Source of the DNA: Enoplolaimus lenunculus
Lineage: Eukaryota
Reading direction: 5' to 3'
Assembly: GCA_030248215.1 (NCBI GenBank)
Contig: JASANG010003525.1
Location: 434,001-498,000 of the forward strand
DNA: 64,000 nt
The notes below the pieces were generated by a model, which worked only from the letters and a program-made list of their open reading frames with translations, was not told where the DNA came from and made no database searches. Of this stretch, positions 52,001 through 63,635 are shown one piece after another. A program made the position numbers and the translations under genes. Every line of letters starts with the position of its first letter. Position 1 is the first letter of the stretch.

Positions 52001-55000
52001 CTTGAATATTGTAATTTTTTTAACCCAAAAACATACACACAAAAAGTATTTCTCAATTAATTCAGAAAAGTATTTTCTGTGGCAAATCTGACAAGTTTTT
52101 CTGAGATTTAAGACAATTTTTCAAAAAATAACTGGAAAACGTTTATTTTCCGACTTTATTTCAAAACTTTTGTGAAATCTTTTCTGTTATAACAGAAATA
52201 CTTTTCAAGTGCACCTTGCTAATTATATTTCTTAAATGGAAGAAATTATTTCTTAAATATCAGAAATATTCTTTTGAGTGTACCTGAAGCGATTGTGACT
52301 CCATTGTGAACCAGTTGATTGTCGGCCGTTGAGAAAAATGATAAATTCTTCAGTAGTACCAGTGTATTCAGAACCAATTCTTCTGACGTAAACCGCTGTT
52401 TGTTTTCTGGAAATGCATGCATTGTTGTTTTTAATTTTCAATGCGTTTAGTTCAGCAGTACCATTTTTAGGGATTATGACCATTTATATTTTAACTGTAT
52501 AAGACATGTACAACCGCCTACCAAATTTGTACTTGAATAAACCTGGTAACGCTTATCCTTTACGATCATATGAATGATAGATATATTTTCTTTAAACGTG
52601 TATACCGGCTGCCAAATTTGAATAACGAATAAACCTGGTGACGTTATACTTCAGGAACAAAGGGTTGTTACATACCCTAGTGATCGGGATGGTAAAGAAA
52701 TACCAAATGTCATTAAAACGTATAGCGCAACACGTAAAGTATACACGCAAGCGTACCACCGGAGTTCTGCCTTTGGCTCCGGCAGAAACTCGTACTGCGG
52801 CTCCGGCAAGTATTGTTGACCTCCAGCTCCGGCTCCGACTCCGGTATTTTTCACCTCCGGTTGCACCCTGAATGCAGTACATCCTGCCGAATTTGAAAAT
52901 ACGTAAAAAAATTACCTAACACTTGAACGAGACACTGAACCAAATCAGGTCTTTTGCACAGCGATGAACCGACAGTTTCATGTACTGATAAATTTGCTAA
53001 TGCGCGTACCAGCTAAAAGTTAAACCTAAATACAGAATTTAGGTTATATTTCATAAATATTTTATATTTGACACTATTTTGAGGGACTGCAATAGAGTAT
53101 TAATAAGCATTAAGTTCTAGACTAACTTTTTTGGCTTGGGTATAGGCTTAGGTTTTTAGGTTTAGGATTATACTTAATATACTACTGCTATGGCCCTGTT
53201 GTTTACACTGGCCCGTTTTTGTAATAACTGAACGCAATGCTCAGTCACGTTCTGGCTATAAAACTGGTTATAGTCAATTTCACGTTGATTGCAACCTTTG
53301 AGTGAAAGCTGCATCGTGGCCAATGTTACTTTTAGGGCCGTAACAGTAGATTAAACGTTTTCCTAAGCCTAAGCCTAAAACGTTGCAAAAGCGTATTCCT
53401 CAGCCTAAGCCTAAGCCTAAGCAAAAAAATGTAGTCTAGAATGTAAGCCTACTCTTTTACAGACCCACCAGAAGCCGGGACGGCCACAATGGTATGGTCC
53501 TGCATTTTTATTGAATTTTTAACCAGTGTTTGCAGGGGCCTGTATTCGTCGCTGGTAAAAAAACCAGCCCTCGGCTTAGACTCCAGGCAAAGCTTGTCGA
53601 CTTTTAGTCTCTAGCGATGGCTCGACCTCAAATATTATCCACACTGGCTACACCTTTATAATATGTAGTACACGATGTTTTGGATGTTACAAAATGCAAC
53701 TTTTTCGCCAAAGTAGAAAAAACATTTCAGACACACCGCCGCTGGTGTAAATTTTGCTGGATCTGAAACTTTAATCAAAAGACACTCCCGGTGTATTGAG
53801 CAAATTTTACCTTAATGAGTAAATCTTCGCTATACTCATCGACGTTACCATGTCTAGTGTCATCCTGTTTTTTGAAGTCATTCGAGTCGTTCGTTTTCTG
53901 AAATAGTTTCAGTGGACGATTTCTGAAATAGTTTCAGTGGACGATTTCTGAAATAGTTTCAGTGGACGATTTCTGAAATAGTTTCAGTGGACGATTTCTG
54001 AAATAGTTTCAGTGGACGATTTCTGAAATAGTTTCAGTGGACGATTTCTGAAATAGTTTCAGTGGACGATTTCTGAAATAGTTTCAGTGGACGATTTCTG
54101 AAATAGGTTCAGTGGACGATTTCTGAAATAGGTTCAGTGGACGATTTCTGAAATAGTTTCAGTGGACGATTTCTGAAATAGTTTCAGTGGACGATTTCTG
54201 AAATAGTTTCAGTGGACGATTTCTGAAATAGTTTCAGTGGACGATTTCTGAAATAGTTTCAGTGGACGATTTCTGAAATAGTTTCAGTGGACGATTTCTG
54301 AAATAGTTTCAGTGGACGATTTCTGAAATAGTTTCAGTGGACGATTTCTGAAATAGTTTCAGTGGACGATTTCTGAAATAGTTTCAGTGGACGATTTCTG
54401 AAATAGTTTCAGTGGACGATTTCTGAAATAGTTTCAGTCGACGATTTCTGAAATAGTTTCAGTCGACGATTTCTGAAATAGTTTCAGTGGACGATTTCTG
54501 AAATAGTTTCAGTGGACGATTTCTGAAATAGTTTCAGTGGACGATTTCTGAAATAGTTTCAGTGGACGATTTCTGAAATAGTTTCAGTGGACGATTTCTG
54601 AAATAGTTTCAGTGGACGAAGATGTTTTTTGTTGGTTTGATCAAAAAAAACGGCCCATGTATATAGAACGTGGCCGAATCGTTTTCGAGAGTGGCTATAA
54701 TAGAGTCAGTTTAAGCTTTAGACTATTTTTTTGCTTAGGTTTAGGTGTAGGCTTTAAACCTTACGCTTAGGAATATGCTTATACTACTGTGCCGGTCCAG
54801 TTCTATACATGGGCCAAAAAACTAGTAAAACTTTGATTTTCGCCAAAAAAACTGTGGGGAAAACTTGTAAGTAATACAGAGCATATACGATATTCACTTT
54901 GTCTAATTTCTCTATTTATAACATGGGCTTAAGTCCTTTTTGGCCCATATTACTGTTTTACAGGCGTAGAGATTTCTTGGAAAACTGCACTTCAGTACTA

Positions 55001-58000
55001 TACTGTTAGGTTTTAGACTATTTTTTGCTTAGGTTTATGAATATGCTTTGGGTACTGTTACGACGCCACGCCAAGTAAAAGTAACATTGGTTCAGTCCCG
55101 TAGCCAGCTCACCTTGCTAGGGCCCTAAAAAATTTTCAGGAGTCGCAAACCAGGGTATACGATGACTTACAAGCAAGATTGAAAATCTTTTAGCGCGCCA
55201 AAATTTTGCGGAGGGGGGTGAGCCCCTCCTGGCAGCCCCTCTGGCTACAGATCCGTATTGGTTCGATCCCTTATACCTTGTTTTTGCCATCAATATTCAA
55301 ATTGTGTTTAAATATTTTCATTAACACAGGCATCAGCCCAGGACATTCGTAGCACCGTCTATGAGGATCAGGCGGCGTTGAACAGGCGTCTTCAGCGGCG
55401 GGTTCGGCTGTAAAATTGCTTGCAACACCAAGCAAATTTCCAAGGACAAATAGAAGTCGTACCGCGATATCCTGAAGTAGAAATCACACTCATAAATCCT
55501 GCCGCAAAACTTAATTTTCAGTCCGACGTTGACCACTGCCTGTGCCGGAGCAAACCAATGTGGGCACCCCCAGCACAGTGGCGGATTCAGGATGTTTCCA
55601 TGCTGCTGGGCGATGGGGCGCGCCTCCATTGGTCCGAACGGACGAAACTTTTTTGCTTAATTTGTTAAAGTTTCGGTCGGTGTTTTGAAATAATGTTAAG
55701 AAAATTTGTGCTTCGCGCATATACTACGCACTCTTTATGGTTGCATTTTGAGTGTGTAATCAATTGGTTTTCAAACTTTCCCCTGTGAAAAAAATGTAGG
55801 CTAATTGCAGGGTGTTTTCGGTTATCCTTCCAGCCTGTGCGTGCGTGTGAAAAATGGTTTAATTTTGAAAATTGTTACATATCTGAACTGCTCACTACCC
55901 TACCGATCATTCCATGACAATATTTGAATTTTTGAAAAATTTGATTTTTTAAACGTCCCAAGGGCCAAGGTCCCACCGACTCAAATTTTTTCTTGCTAAA
56001 AGTTAGACTGATTATATATCATTCGACGCAGACTGCCGATCTGAGTCCATTGTGTTATATTTTTTAGTCAGACTCCTGGTCAACGGGTTATGGTCAAAAA
56101 CTGATTTGGCACCGTTCAAATCGTTAGCATCGTGACAAATGTATTTGGCCATAACTAGCTAGCCAGACGTTTGATTGTAGAAAATTTAACACAGTCAGAC
56201 TCAGCTTCACAAGCTGCATCAAACGGTACATATTAGTTTGTCTAACTTTTTAACCAAAAAATTTTTAGGTGCCAAGGGTCTTTGAGACCTTAAAAACCAT
56301 ATTTTCAAAAATTCAAATTTGGGCATGGAATGCCCAGAGGATGTTATAAGAAGCTGAAATATAAAAAACTATCAAAATCCAACCATCTTTGGGCAAACGC
56401 TGGCGAGGAGGAAAACCGAAAAGAAGCAATAAACTGGGCATCCGCCCCCCCCACCCCTTAGGTTAAAACAATTTCCAGCAAAATTTGAAAACTTCGAAAC
56501 TAAGAAGTTAACTCAGCCTCAAAATCAACCAAAAAAATAAGTTAGCGACTGCAGTTATCAAGAAAATTACTTCATCATTTAGAAGCCTGCTGGCAATTCT
56601 AACTAAGGCCTGTATTAAAATCTCTGAGATGGAAGCCGCAGCGCAGGTAAAAAATGACTTACCTCCTTACAACTTTGCTGTTAATTTGTGTACGGTCATC
56701 AAAATCAAATACGAGTCAACGGTTAGCCTAATGCAAAATTTATATTTAATACTAATATTTGAGATAATTCTTGCCTTGAAATCATAACTAATTGAACTTG
56801 CATTGCTGAATTCCAAACTCAAACTTCTAAGCCTTAAATCTGAGTAAAGCATTAATAGTTTAGCTATGATTAGCAATTTTTTCAATTTATCATTTATTAT
56901 ACAAATTTCGGCTATAAAGTCTAATGATATCGTATAGAAAATATCACAATAAATTATAAACAAGCACTTGTTTTCGGTGGAAACTTTGAAGTGCACGCGA
57001 AATTGCGTCGAATATTTTATCATGTACCGAAAGCGTTTCGCAACATCCATTTGCCATACTGTATTTGCTAAAATGACAAAACTTTAATTTTTACTTATTG
57101 GGCCATCTGCCCAAACATTGTATAGGTGTCAATCCGGAACATATATCGGAGCGAAGAGATCAGGCCCGTAACCAGCTTACCTTCCTAGCTCGCTTATATA
57201 TTTTCTGGAGGTGCATACAAGGGTTTTCGTTGATTTACAAGCAAGGTTGAAAATTTTCCAGGAGGGCAGAGCCGCTGTGACCTAATCTTGGCTACGGGCC
57301 CGGAAGGGATACTGTGAATATATCTCTCCCGAAGTTTTTCGAAGATTCAGAAAAGCACACTTAACTGAGTTTGAAATGTGGATTGTAGAGCAGGAGCGTA
57401 TTTAAACGGGTATAGGGAAATATATCCCGTGAAGTTTGTGTCATATTCGAAAAACACAAAACGCACTTTTACAGGTTGTAGAATAACATGAAGAAGTCCG
57501 AACAACGTATTTTATAGCTCGCCCGCAAGAGCCAATTAGATGAAATTATACCTTCTCGAAATGAAATCGTGGCTTGCACCGATGTTATTGAGGTCTAAGA
57601 AATTTAATTTACATAAAGTCATACCTTACCATTCCGAAACTAAAGTCATGCGTACGCTCCTGATGAAAATTTGTTTGTTTCCAAAATTTAATTGTTCCCA
57701 GACACACCTCTGTTGATTTATATACGCTTTGCTCGTGCATGAACTCACCGTAGAAAACGTAAGCAACCGTGCAAAACATTTATTTAAGCATAGGGTTAAT
57801 TCTGGACATAACCCCTGGCTCCGAAATACGAAAAGCAGTAAACTTAATAAGCAAGACTGAAATGTAAATTGTATTAAATGATGTATTTTGTAACACAACA
57901 ATCTTAAATTCAATACGGTCGGCACTCCGGAGAACACCTTCGTGAGTTTATGGGTACTAAAGCAAGGAAAAAAACTGCAAACTTCTTACAGTAAAGATAA

Positions 58001-61000
58001 CACAGTTCACACGACGAATCACTGAAAGTCAATATTCGCACGCCAAAAATGGAATACGTATACAATTCCGAATCATTCAAAGTCAATATTCCCACGCCAA
58101 AAATACGATACGTATACAATTCCGAATCATTCAAAATCAATATTCCCACGCCAAAAATGGAATACGTATACAATTCCGAATCATTCAAAATCAATATTCC
58201 CACGCCAAAAAATGGAATACGTATACAATTCAGAAATCTTATTATATCACGATTGTATTTTACCTTAGAAATCGGGCTGCATTGAGCATAAATTCTTTGT
58301 TTCGACTATTTATGCAACACATTACATTCAACAGCAACCGTACAATTGGTTGTCCATCCAATGCCCGTTGACAGCTCACGCCAGAATCTAATAAGTTGCG
58401 CAAAAATGCAAACGCCTGCAAAAACGTAAAGTTTGAACATAAAAAATTTTACTACTTGATAATTGCTAGGCAATTGGAATCTTCTGCACATGCCGCTCGT
58501 GAAAACTTTGTTGGTCTTGGGCCCACAGACTAGCAAGTACGGCTGTCCGCGTGCATAGCAGACTGACTTAGGACCATTCGTAATTGGCATGAATAGCAGA
58601 TTGGCCTACGACATACACATGATTAATTTTTGCTTTCTATGAAATTTGAAAATGAAATCATTAAATTTTTTCTCTTAGTACAAATTTATTCTTTACTCGA
58701 ATTTTTTAGAAAATCTCAGTAATTCAAGCGACTTAAACGATTTGACACATTGCAAAATATGGTGAGTCAAATTGACTTTCTATGAAATAGGCCATTCAGG
58801 ACTACACAAACTGAGTCAAATTCGACTCCGCCAAAGTCAAACGCGCGACTCAATGAGTCGAACGAAACTCTGGCGGAGTCGAATTTTGACTCAATTTGTT
58901 TCGTCTAGAAAAGCTTATTTCGGACAGAGTCAATTTGACTCATTATTTTTTTGTAGTGATAGTTTTTTGTTTTCATGAAATGCTTCAATATCGAAAATAA
59001 ATTAACCTGTTTATATAACAATGCGTAAAATTTTGTCAACAAAATCCGTCTGTCAAAAAGTAACTGGCGTTTAAAATTGAGCAACTCGCAACTCAACCCG
59101 AATTTAAAATCTAATTGGAGACAACGTTTTAACACAAGCTTCCCCAACGAACGTTGAATTTATCACACAAACGAGTACATCAAACCAAACACAGTAAACA
59201 ATGATGCCTCAGTCCTAAAGACCTCTGCTTGCCACTGTTTTTATCCGGTATTTTTGCAATAGCTATGCCTGCTAAATTTGCTATTCGATTTCACACAAGC
59301 TGCTTATAATAGCTAAAAATCTTCACCTGTGATATTACGCTAATTGCGTCAACCTGTTTGCCATTTCCGACGGGCTTTTCTGAACCATTTGTGTTCTCAA
59401 ATTCTTCAGCAGCGGTTTCAATCTGTTTGCGCACAACCACCACTGCACCGTAACGAACCAATTTCGCTCGAATTCCTTCGTTTGGTCCTTCGCATCGCTT
59501 ATCAGACGTAGAAATTCTCGGCGCACGCCTGGACTGTTTGACGCCGTGGCGATTTGAGCGTGAGAAAATTCCCACGGGTGCAGACGATGAACCGTCGCCG
59601 TGAGAACCGTTTGAGCAAAGAAATTTCCACGCTCCGAATGTAAACAACACCGCCTCGTGGTTAGTTGTACATTTTCGACGGTTGTGATCAATGCAGTTAA
59701 CCCAGTGTTCTGTAAATTTGAGAGATTTTAAATATTTTTTTGCTTTTTTTGATTGTTATTTATAGTTTTTAGGTGCTTACAGTTTAAGGAGATATTAATT
59801 GGTGAAGATTCTTGGAATAACCAGAGTTGTTTTGTACAATTAGCGAAAATATTGGGCAACTATAACGAGTACGATGCTTGCCATGCACGATATTCATATA
59901 CTTTTTTAGTTAACAACGACAATTTGCCAATATGATACTTCGTTTAGCGTTTTATCTCAACAACAATAGCATACATTGCAAAAAATGGTGAGTCAAATTG
60001 ACTCTCTCCGAAACAGGTTTTTCGGGACTACACAAACTGAATCAAATGTGAAGAAACAAACGTGTGATTCAGTGAATCGAAATTGAATCTAGTGGAGTCG
60101 AATTATGGCTCAAATTGTGCAAGACCCCGAAAAGCCTATTTCGAAGAGTCAATTTGATTCACCATTTTTTGCAGTATATTTAACTTACTAATCAACTGAT
60201 CTTCATTAAACATCGAATCATTGCTGCAATTTTTTGACAAAATATACAAAAGCCGACAAATGTTTGCAAAATTGCCACCAGAAATTCGTAGCTAAAAGTA
60301 CAATTTTGGTTTCAATAGAATCAGCGTAAAACGTTTACTGAGCAAAAATTAAATTCACATGTGCAAGTTTTCGCAGCTGAAAAAATGGTGTAAAATGTTT
60401 TAAATATCGGACTCACGTCCATTGCAGGCAGCGCTTATCAGATTTGAAAACGGCCCTCAATCGAATGTTTGCATGGATTTCAAATACCAACGTAGTCTTT
60501 TTAAAACCAAATACGTAATTTGCATACGCAAAATGTTTACGCACTGTTCAGCAATCCGTTCAATATAGCATTAATAGTCAACGTGGTTGCAAATTTTTAA
60601 CCCAAAAACATTTTTCTCAAACTTTTGATACCTGAAATCTGTGCGTTCAGGCTATAATACATACTTTGCTACATATTGTACATTTAGATACAGAGGAACG
60701 TGTTCTAATTTGCAAATATATGTTGTCTTGTTTATATATATGAAACGTTCATATAACAGCTGGCTCGTTGCCCAAAATACGCACGTGGCTCGTTGCCCAA
60801 AATACGCACGTGGAGCGTTCCAGCTTTAATAATATAGCTAATTGTTTCAACTGGTTGTTTGATGCAAGTATATTTTATGGCCGTGGAGCTAAAGTAATTT
60901 GAGTAGGTTTTAGAATGCACGGGTTTCGGATAAGAGATTTGACTACTTTATCGCAGAAGCTCATTGCTCGAAGTACTTGCTGTTTCTTAATCTTTTGACG

Positions 61001-63635
61001 CCACATTTGGTTCAAAATTCGCTAAAGCTTAACATTCACCACACCCAAGCCCGTAGCTAGCTCAGATTACTAGGGGGCTAAAAAATTTCCACGAAGGGCA
61101 TACAAGGGTTTCCACTGACAGGCAAGGTTGAAACTTATCTAGAGGGGGTAATATTTTTCGAGGGGACCTGAGCCCCCTGTCCCCCTAGCTACGAACCCAA
61201 CCATACCATTAGACACATGGTCGCAATTCGAATTGAAAGCGCAGGTGCAGTTTCGTCAAGCAACGCAAATAATTGTTTGAGAAGTCGAGATCGCGCCGAA
61301 GTACGCGATGCATGCATCAGCGTTGAATGTTCAATGCAGTCGTACAGAATATCAACTGACACCAAGTCTGTGCTATCTGAAACGTTCGTGCCGCGAAATG
61401 TTGTTTGGGGGGCTCGCATCCTGTCAGGCCTGTGCGTTTGTTTGATGTCTACTTTTGAATAAAACGCATTTTTTTCGAAAAATAATCCGTGAACAACATC
61501 GCGAGCGAAGCGATCGAGAAACCAAATGTAATTTTTGTATGTAAATTATGACGCAAGAACTGATTCCGATTGGGGGGCGGGAACCCCGCCCCCCCTTTCG
61601 GTACGCCCCTGTTGGAACGTGCTTTTAAAATCATGACCATATTAACTTACCGAGAGTATTGTGAACTCCAGGGAACACAAAATTGTTGACCCTATCGTAA
61701 TTCATCAAATCTGGTACGCACAACCTATTTAAAAATAGTATTTTAGCAGCATACCAGCAAGTTTGACACGCTTTTGGTTGCAATATAGTATACCTAAAAT
61801 GTCTATTTTGTGCTGGTATCCACGTAGCAAATATCAATGTATATGTACTGTACTGTAAATTTGCCAGTGAGTTGATTTTAACTGAGCAAAATGAGTTGAA
61901 TCCACTCAGAAGCCTGAGCTCTAAATTATGTCTTTCGGAACGCAAAATTCTGAATTTATTGATCTCTTTCTAAGTTATTCAATCAACTCATTGGCACTCG
62001 GAATTAAATCAGCTCAGAGCTAGTTGATGTTTCACGTTTTAAACTCAGAAATAACCATAAATGACTATTTCGATCTCTGATTTGATTAATCAACTCATTG
62101 GAATTTACAGTGTATATATTCGTTTCAGGCGCATATGCAATGTGTCACAGGACGCGTTATATCATCCGCGAACTTTTTGGAGAAACGAGAAAAAATGTAC
62201 TTTTTCAAAGTTGACCAAAACCAAGCTGGAACCTATAAAAATTATGCAAATTTTCTCGCTCGCCACGTTCGCTTACGAAAACTTTCACATCAAAAATTCT
62301 CGTAAAACAAAATACTCACTGGGCTCCTGATTCAGTCATTTCTAAAAAAATGGAGTCCACTGCTTGATCTGCCCCATTTGAACATGACTATCTAACATTC
62401 TGAAAATGTACCTTTTCGGATCGCTTCAATTAGTTGATCAACTTGTAGCTCAGAGTCATTCGCTGATATTTCTAGTTCAAACATAGGCCGATCACCAGTT
62501 TTGGCTTTGTCTATTGTTAGGTTGGTTTCTTGCAGACTGGTCATTGACGTCAAACTATATCGTGGATTTGTGTCTAGAAAAAACGTTTAAGATTGCTTTT
62601 TTGGCAGCAGCGTAGACAGGATTTCTTATCGTTAATAGATTATATGACTATAAGCCAGTGCCGGAGCAGGTAGTGGTGGGGACTCCCCCCAAATTCCAGG
62701 GTGGGGGCCGCCAAACTCGCGAGCGAAGCGAGCAACAAGCCAGGCGCATTTCAAAACTTAGACGATTTTTGTTTCAATACGTTAGGGTGCCCCCCCAAAT
62801 GTGGGGTATGGGGGTGGCTGCTCCGGCCCTGGTATAAGCAGGTGAACAGCATAGACCCGTAGCCAGATGAGAGGCCAGGGGGCTCAGCTTCGCTTGAAGA
62901 ACTCTGGACCCCCTAAAATTTTTCCAATCTTGCAAGTACGTCGTCGAAACCCTTGGATGCCCTTCCTAAAAAATTTCAGCCCACCAAAGCAAGCTGAGGT
63001 GGCTACTGGCCTGAAACAGCCAAAAGAATGTTAAAATGTTTTTCATAATAACTTCAGTAATTTCAGACCATATTCTCACTCAGTATATAAACTTTCTTTG
63101 TGAATGGGCTGTATTGAGTGAGCAAGCGTAGTTCTTTTTACGTTTCTGTGATTTTCAAAATACAATTAGTTGAACAATGTTTATGAAAGCATTTAATTAA
63201 AACTCATAAAGAAATTCCAATATTCTATCATTGATTTTATCTATATTATTACAACTGGAACGCCCCACCTACGTATTTTGGGCAGTTTTCCAGCATTACA
63301 TTGATTACAATATTTTCACAAAGCAGAAATGTGATTGTTCTGTGGAAACAAAATTTGCATTCAGATTTTTGTGGGTTCGCCAAAGCTGGCCGACTTGTTT
63401 TTTTGTTCTCAAGAATGGTCACATTGATCCAGGGCCATAGCAACTATGCCTTGGTATTGAGGGCTACAATTGTTTTGTAGAGGCATACAAGGGTTTCAGA
63501 TGACTTACAAGCGAGTTTGAATTTCTTCTAGAGGAACAGCTAAAATTCTTCCTTGAACATCTTAAACTTTCCTTACCCAATAAACTTGCAGCACTCGTCT
63601 CTCGTGAACTGTAGCCACTTTCGTTTGCGGACACA
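48966..63635 (-). CDS. ARMC2: Armadillo repeat-containing protein 2-like, multi-exon gene, 5' end not found (~766 aa visible)
   Basis: 16 phase-consistent exons. Peptide blocks follow human ARMC2 (as recalled) in order: LLKQLFALLD / LRISGGNFANICRLLYILSKNCSND / NHEAVLFTFGAWKFL / AFAFLRNLLD...MLNAARFLSK / DIAVRLLFVLGNL / EDLLIKLVRALANLSVH / EELVLNTL..LKNLSF / LEAVDVLSNLSQ / CIGVLINMSQD...NWFILTLILKTISN / WKHEFLPAASVLLEQI*. Confidence 0.9.
49318..49668. mobile_element. hAT-like MITE in an ARMC2 intron
   Basis: TIR CA(A/G)TGGCGGATCCA; exact 8-bp TSD GCGAAGCC. Confidence 0.88.
50306..50659 (-). CDS. ARMC2: ARMC2-like exon (CIGVLINMSQD...PPNWFILTLILKTISN)
   Basis: ttttag/gtaagt. Confidence 0.92.
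51172..51291 (-). CDS. ARMC2: ARMC2-like exon (CVLEAVDVLSNLSQSDTV)
   Basis: ttttag/gtacag. Confidence 0.92.
51447..51676. mobile_element. TTAGGC-MITE copy (inverted) with expanded (GCCTAA)n
   Basis: More than ten CCTAAG/CGTAAG hexamers between the TIR-like ends. Confidence 0.8.
52284..52406 (-). CDS. ARMC2: ARMC2-like exon (SEELVLNTLVLLKNLSFF)
   Basis: ttccag/gtacac. Confidence 0.92.
52916..53012 (-). CDS. ARMC2: ARMC2-like exon (LVRALANLSVHETVG)
   Basis: ttttag/gtaatt. Confidence 0.92.
53811..53897 (-). CDS. ARMC2: ARMC2-like exon (KTNDS...YSEDLLIK)
   Basis: tttcag (last unit of the tandem array)/gtaaaa. Confidence 0.88.
53895..54619. repeat. Tandem array: 29 x 25 bp (TTTCTGAAATAGTTTCAGTGGACGA)
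   Basis: Exact 25-bp period from 53898 to 54598; only 4 variant units (two with aggttc, two with gtcgac); no spacers. Confidence 0.98.
54652..54815. mobile_element. TTAGGC-MITE copy
   Basis: GGCCCATGTATA...TATACATGGGCC; lies ~30 bp from the 25-bp array. Confidence 0.82.
55277..55471 (-). CDS. ARMC2: ARMC2-like exon (DIAVRLLFVLGNL...)
   Basis: cttcag/gtataa. Confidence 0.9.
56571..56609 (-). CDS. ARMC2: ARMC2-like exon (ALVRIASRLLNDE)
   Basis: atacag/gtaatt. Confidence 0.75.
56663..56677 (-). CDS. ARMC2: ARMC2-like putative 15-nt microexon (QSCKE)
   Basis: taacag acceptor and GAG|gtaagt donor; phase 0-0; improves spacing to the homologue. Confidence 0.6.
57028..57067 (-). CDS. ARMC2: ARMC2-like exon (KYSMANGCCETLS)
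   Basis: ttttag/gtacat; matches the SKLTSYRDCC segment. Confidence 0.8.
57161..57302. mobile_element. hAT-like MITE, CCCGTAGCCA family
   Basis: Ends CAGGCCCGTA...TACGGGCCCG; TSD GAAGAGAT/GAAGGGAT; related copies at ~55093-55255, ~61046-61197 and ~62852-63014. Confidence 0.75.
58015..58231. repeat. Intronic minisatellite, 4 x 54 bp
   Basis: Units begin at 58015, 58069, 58123 and 58177 (cgaatca...caatattcccacgccaaaaatggaatacgtatacaattc). Confidence 0.95.
58264..58415 (-). CDS. ARMC2: ARMC2-like exon (AFAFLRNLLDSG...EFMLNAARFL)
   Basis: ttgcag/gtaaat. Confidence 0.88.
58748..58958. mobile_element. Long-TIR palindromic MITE
   Basis: cattgcaaaatatggtgagtcaaattgact ... gagtcaatttgactcattattttttgtagtg; second copy at 59974-60175. 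Confidence 0.75.
59327..59709 (-). CDS. ARMC2: ARMC2-like exon (NHEAVLFTFGAWKFLCSN...ISVISQ)
   Basis: ttacag/gtgaag. Confidence 0.88.
59974..60175. mobile_element. Long-TIR palindromic MITE (second copy)
   Basis: ~30-bp TIR; ends ~13 nt from the ARMC2 donor at 60188. Confidence 0.78.
60189..60291 (-). CDS. ARMC2: ARMC2-like exon (LRISGGNFANICRLLYILSKNCSNDSMF)
   Basis: ttttag/gtaagt. Confidence 0.9.
61207..61448 (-). CDS. ARMC2: ARMC2-like exon (…SRLLKQLFALLDETAPALSIRIATMCLM)
   Basis: Donor gtatgg. Acceptor chosen for phase (aagtag), so the 5' boundary is less certain. Confidence 0.8.
62412..62573 (-). CDS. ARMC2: ARMC2-like exon (TNPRYSLTSM...VDQLIEAIRK)
   Basis: ttctag/gtacat; open frame. 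Confidence 0.7.
62656..62831. mobile_element. hAT-like MITE
   Basis: 13/14 TIR CAG(T/G)GCCGGAGCAG; TSD CTATAAGC/GTATAAGC. Confidence 0.85.
63577..63635 (-). CDS. ARMC2: ARMC2-like exon (VSANESGYSSRETSAASLL)
   Basis: tttcag/gtaagg on the - strand; phase-compatible; no homology support. Confidence 0.6.

Noticed and set aside
53895..54619. CRISPR array (25-bp palindromic repeat)
   Set aside because: Units are contiguous with no unique spacers, there are no cas genes, and the context is a eukaryotic intron.
56667..57050. 127-aa - strand ORF as one ARMC2 exon
   Set aside because: The ARMC2-matching peptides here lie in other frames as small exons (57028-57067, 56663-56677); the rest reads as AT-rich intron.
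57552..57860. Extra small - strand exons with plausible splice sites
   Set aside because: ARMC2 homology is continuous from exon 58264 to exon 57067 without them, and one implied intron would be only ~35 nt.
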